From Octopus sinensis (lineage: Eukaryota), in contig NC_043024.1 of the NCBI RefSeq assembly GCF_006345805.1, forward strand, positions 15,438,001 to 15,502,000: a stretch of DNA of 64,000 nucleotides, written 5' to 3'. Of this stretch, positions 61,725 through 64,000 are shown one piece after another. Position 1 is the first letter of the stretch, and every line of letters starts with the position of its first letter. The position numbers and the translations under genes are program-made. Under the pieces are notes generated by a model that did not search any database, was not told where the DNA came from, and saw nothing but the letters and a program-made list of their open reading frames with translations.

Positions 61725-62385
61725 GGCATCTGTACTAGCGGGGTGCAAAGAGCACCATACGAGCATGATCGTTGACAGAGTGGTTAACCAGCTTCCGTGC
61801 CAGTGGCACATAAAAGGCACCATTCGAGCGTGATCATTACTAGCATTGCCTTACTGGCACTTGTGCCCATGCTAGTAGGGTACCAAGAGCACAATCCGAG
61901 TGTGATCGTTGCCAGTGCAGCCAAACAGCTTCCGTGTCGGTGGCACTTAAAGGGCACCATTCAAGTGTGATCGTTACCAGCGTCGCCTTACTGGCACTTG
62001 CACCCTTGCTAGTAGGGTACCAAGAGCACCATCCGAGCATGATCGTTGCCAGAGCAGCCAACTGGTTTCCGTGCCAGTGGCACATAAAAGGGCACCATTA
62101 GAGCGTAGTCATTACCAACGTCGCCTTACTAGCACCTGTGCTGGTGGCACGTGTAAAAAGATTCGAGTGAGGTCGTTGCCAGTACCGCCTGACTGGCCCC
62201 TATGTCGGTGGCACGTAAAAAGCACCCACTACACTCTCAGAGTGGTTGGCATTAGGAAGGGCATCCAGCTGTAGAAACTCTGCCAAATCAAGATTGGAGC
62301 CTGGTGCAGCCATCTGGTTTGCCAGTCCTCAGTCAAATTGTCCAACTCATGCTAGCATGGAAAGCAGACGTTAAACGATGATGAT
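61725..62385 (+). mobile_element. RTE-type 3' UTR with expanded higher-order tandem array
   Basis: Three dimers of about 135 bp, each made of two related units of about 65 bp, then the conserved tail. Confidence 0.78.
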
Positions 62386-62399
62386 AATATATATATATA

Positions 62400-62822
62400 C
62401 ATGGAAGATGTAGACCCAAGAAGATATGGGATGAGGTAGTGAAGAATGATCTTCAGAGGTTGAATCCCACACAGGTGATGATAAGAGATCAAAACCTTTG
62501 GAAATTTGCTATGCTTGAGAAGACACATCAAGTCAAATGAAATTGTAGTCATGGCCAGTACCAGTGATGCGTAAAAGGCACCCATGCCAATAACATGTGA
62601 AGGGTACCCATGCTGGGGACACATGAAATACACCCATGCCAATGATACATGAAAGCTATCTATGCCGGTGACATGTAAAAGGCTTGGAGTAGTTGGCACT
62701 AGGAAGGGCATCCAGCTGTAGAAACCAACCTAAAAGAGACTGGAGCCTGGTGAAGCTCTCCAGCTTACCAGTTCCTATCAAACCCATGCCAGCATGGAAA
62801 ATGGATGCTAAATGATGATGAT
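62400..62822 (+). mobile_element. 5'-truncated RTE-clade LINE (ORF2 C-terminus plus 3' UTR)
   Basis: GRCRPKKIWDEVVKNDLQRLNPTQVMIRDQNLWKFAMLEKTHQVK*, followed by the ggcatccagctgtagaaac tail and (GAT)n. Confidence 0.8.
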
Positions 62823-63344
62823 ACACTTCTTTTTACAGACACTGAATTAAAAATGTGATTCAATGGAAAAAGTTGAAGGCTGTCCATTGGGACTCAACTG
62901 TCCATGGGACTCAACAAGACAGTGGTCAAACCACTGGATCAAAACAATTCTTCAAATTTCTTCATTCATCTTACAAACTTCTTTCTTACCAATGGTAATT
63001 TTATAAAAATTTGAGAGAAACAATTATACCATAAGAATTTTAGAAACTTTCAAAAGAAAAAAAAAGCAATAATTATTTTTGGAACACTGGATCTCAAAGC
63101 AGATAAGCTTTAAATAACGGTTTCAAAATTGGGAGCAAGGCCAGCAATTTTGAAGGAAGGGTAACTCGATTACATCAAATCCAGTGCCCAATTGGTACTT
63201 ATTTTATTGCCTCTGAGAGGATCAAAAGCAAAGTCAACCCCAGTAGCATTTATATTTACAAAATAAAGACCCAATAGAAATGTTCCTAAGAATTTTGTCT
63301 GGTGTTCTTACAATTCTATCAGTTCACCACCTTTAATATTTGCT

Positions 63345-63870
63345 ACAGCAAAAATTCTGCTCAATACCACAGATTTGCTTGTCAGTTGTTTGACCTTAAC
63401 CAGTTGAATAATATGGGTTATAGCAAAAATTCTGCTCAATACCACAGATTTGCTTGTCAGTTGTTTGACCTAACCACTTGAGCATGAACATTGGTGGCTG
63501 ATGATATGTGCATCTCTGATCACAAGCAGAAGCATTGGGGGAGCATCGTAAAGCTTTGAGAGGAATTTTGGGTGGTCTGAATAATTTACTTCTGCAAAAA
63601 TGGGTGCTTCATTCAACATACTTAAAACAAACCTTATTCAGGGACCTTTTGAGCGGGATGGGCTACTTGACCAGAATAAAACTCTAACAAGGCCCCACCA
63701 GCAAGGTCAGGCACTGTTTATCTTGATAGGAGATCACCATGTTGGGCACATATGGTTGTGATGTATGTGCCTAGTGTACTCTTATCAGACGGGTAGTCAT
63801 GATGGGTATACTAGGCTTTGTATATTTGTATCCCAGTGTCACTTTGATGGCATGCACTGCTCTCTCACTC
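63345..63870 (+). mobile_element. Family E copy with a 75-bp 5' duplication
   Basis: Homologous to 56740-57195; followed by (AAT)4 and a minus-strand F1-like SINE (63883-64000). Confidence 0.78.
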
Positions 63871-64000
63871 AATAATAATAATCCTTTCTACTCTAAGCTC
63901 AAGGCCTGAAATTTTGTAGGAGGGTCTAGTCAATTACATCGACCCCAGTGCGTAACTGGTAGTTAATTTATCAGCCTCAAAAGAATAAAAGGCAAAGCTG

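Noticed and set aside
61725-62230. Regularly spaced repeats that superficially resemble a CRISPR array
   Set aside because: The spacers are themselves homologous, the context is eukaryotic, there are no cas genes, and the array sits in an RTE 3' UTR.

Overview
AT-rich, repeat-dominated eukaryotic DNA. The repeat families look like those of coleoid cephalopods (Octopus-like); this is recognition, not a database result. Nearly every entry in the ORF track is a microsatellite artefact. Supportable content: (i) one short host exon missed by the ORF track, the first coding exon of a divergent actin-family gene on the minus strand (3179-3292), ending exactly at the conserved actin 41/42 phase-0 intron position; (ii) a near-full Penelope-like element (RT + GIY-YIG, 5.5-8.4 kb, minus) with an inverted duplicate running into a 100-N gap; (iii) about 11 minimal type-I hammerhead-ribozyme motifs from several unrelated short repeat families, including one intact motif (20979-21013) and a same-strand cluster at 19.3-23.1 kb; (iv) a Penelope-type 3' end whose terminal repeat joins a tRNA-like Pol III cassette, an (AAT)n spacer and a hammerhead, and which also occurs without any ORF (42.2-42.8 kb and 36.2-36.6 kb) - the best candidate for an undescribed system; (v) maT (DD37D) and mariner (DD34D) remnants, Helitron/HINE elements, MITEs, R4/Dong-type RLE LINE ends in microsatellites, RTE 3' ends, many tRNA-derived SINEs, and several perfect or near-perfect hairpins. 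No CRISPR, rRNA or intact tRNA gene is supported. Repeat boundaries are approximate (about +/-10-20 bp) unless termini are quoted. Homopolymer indels between near-identical copies suggest some frameshifts may be consensus errors.
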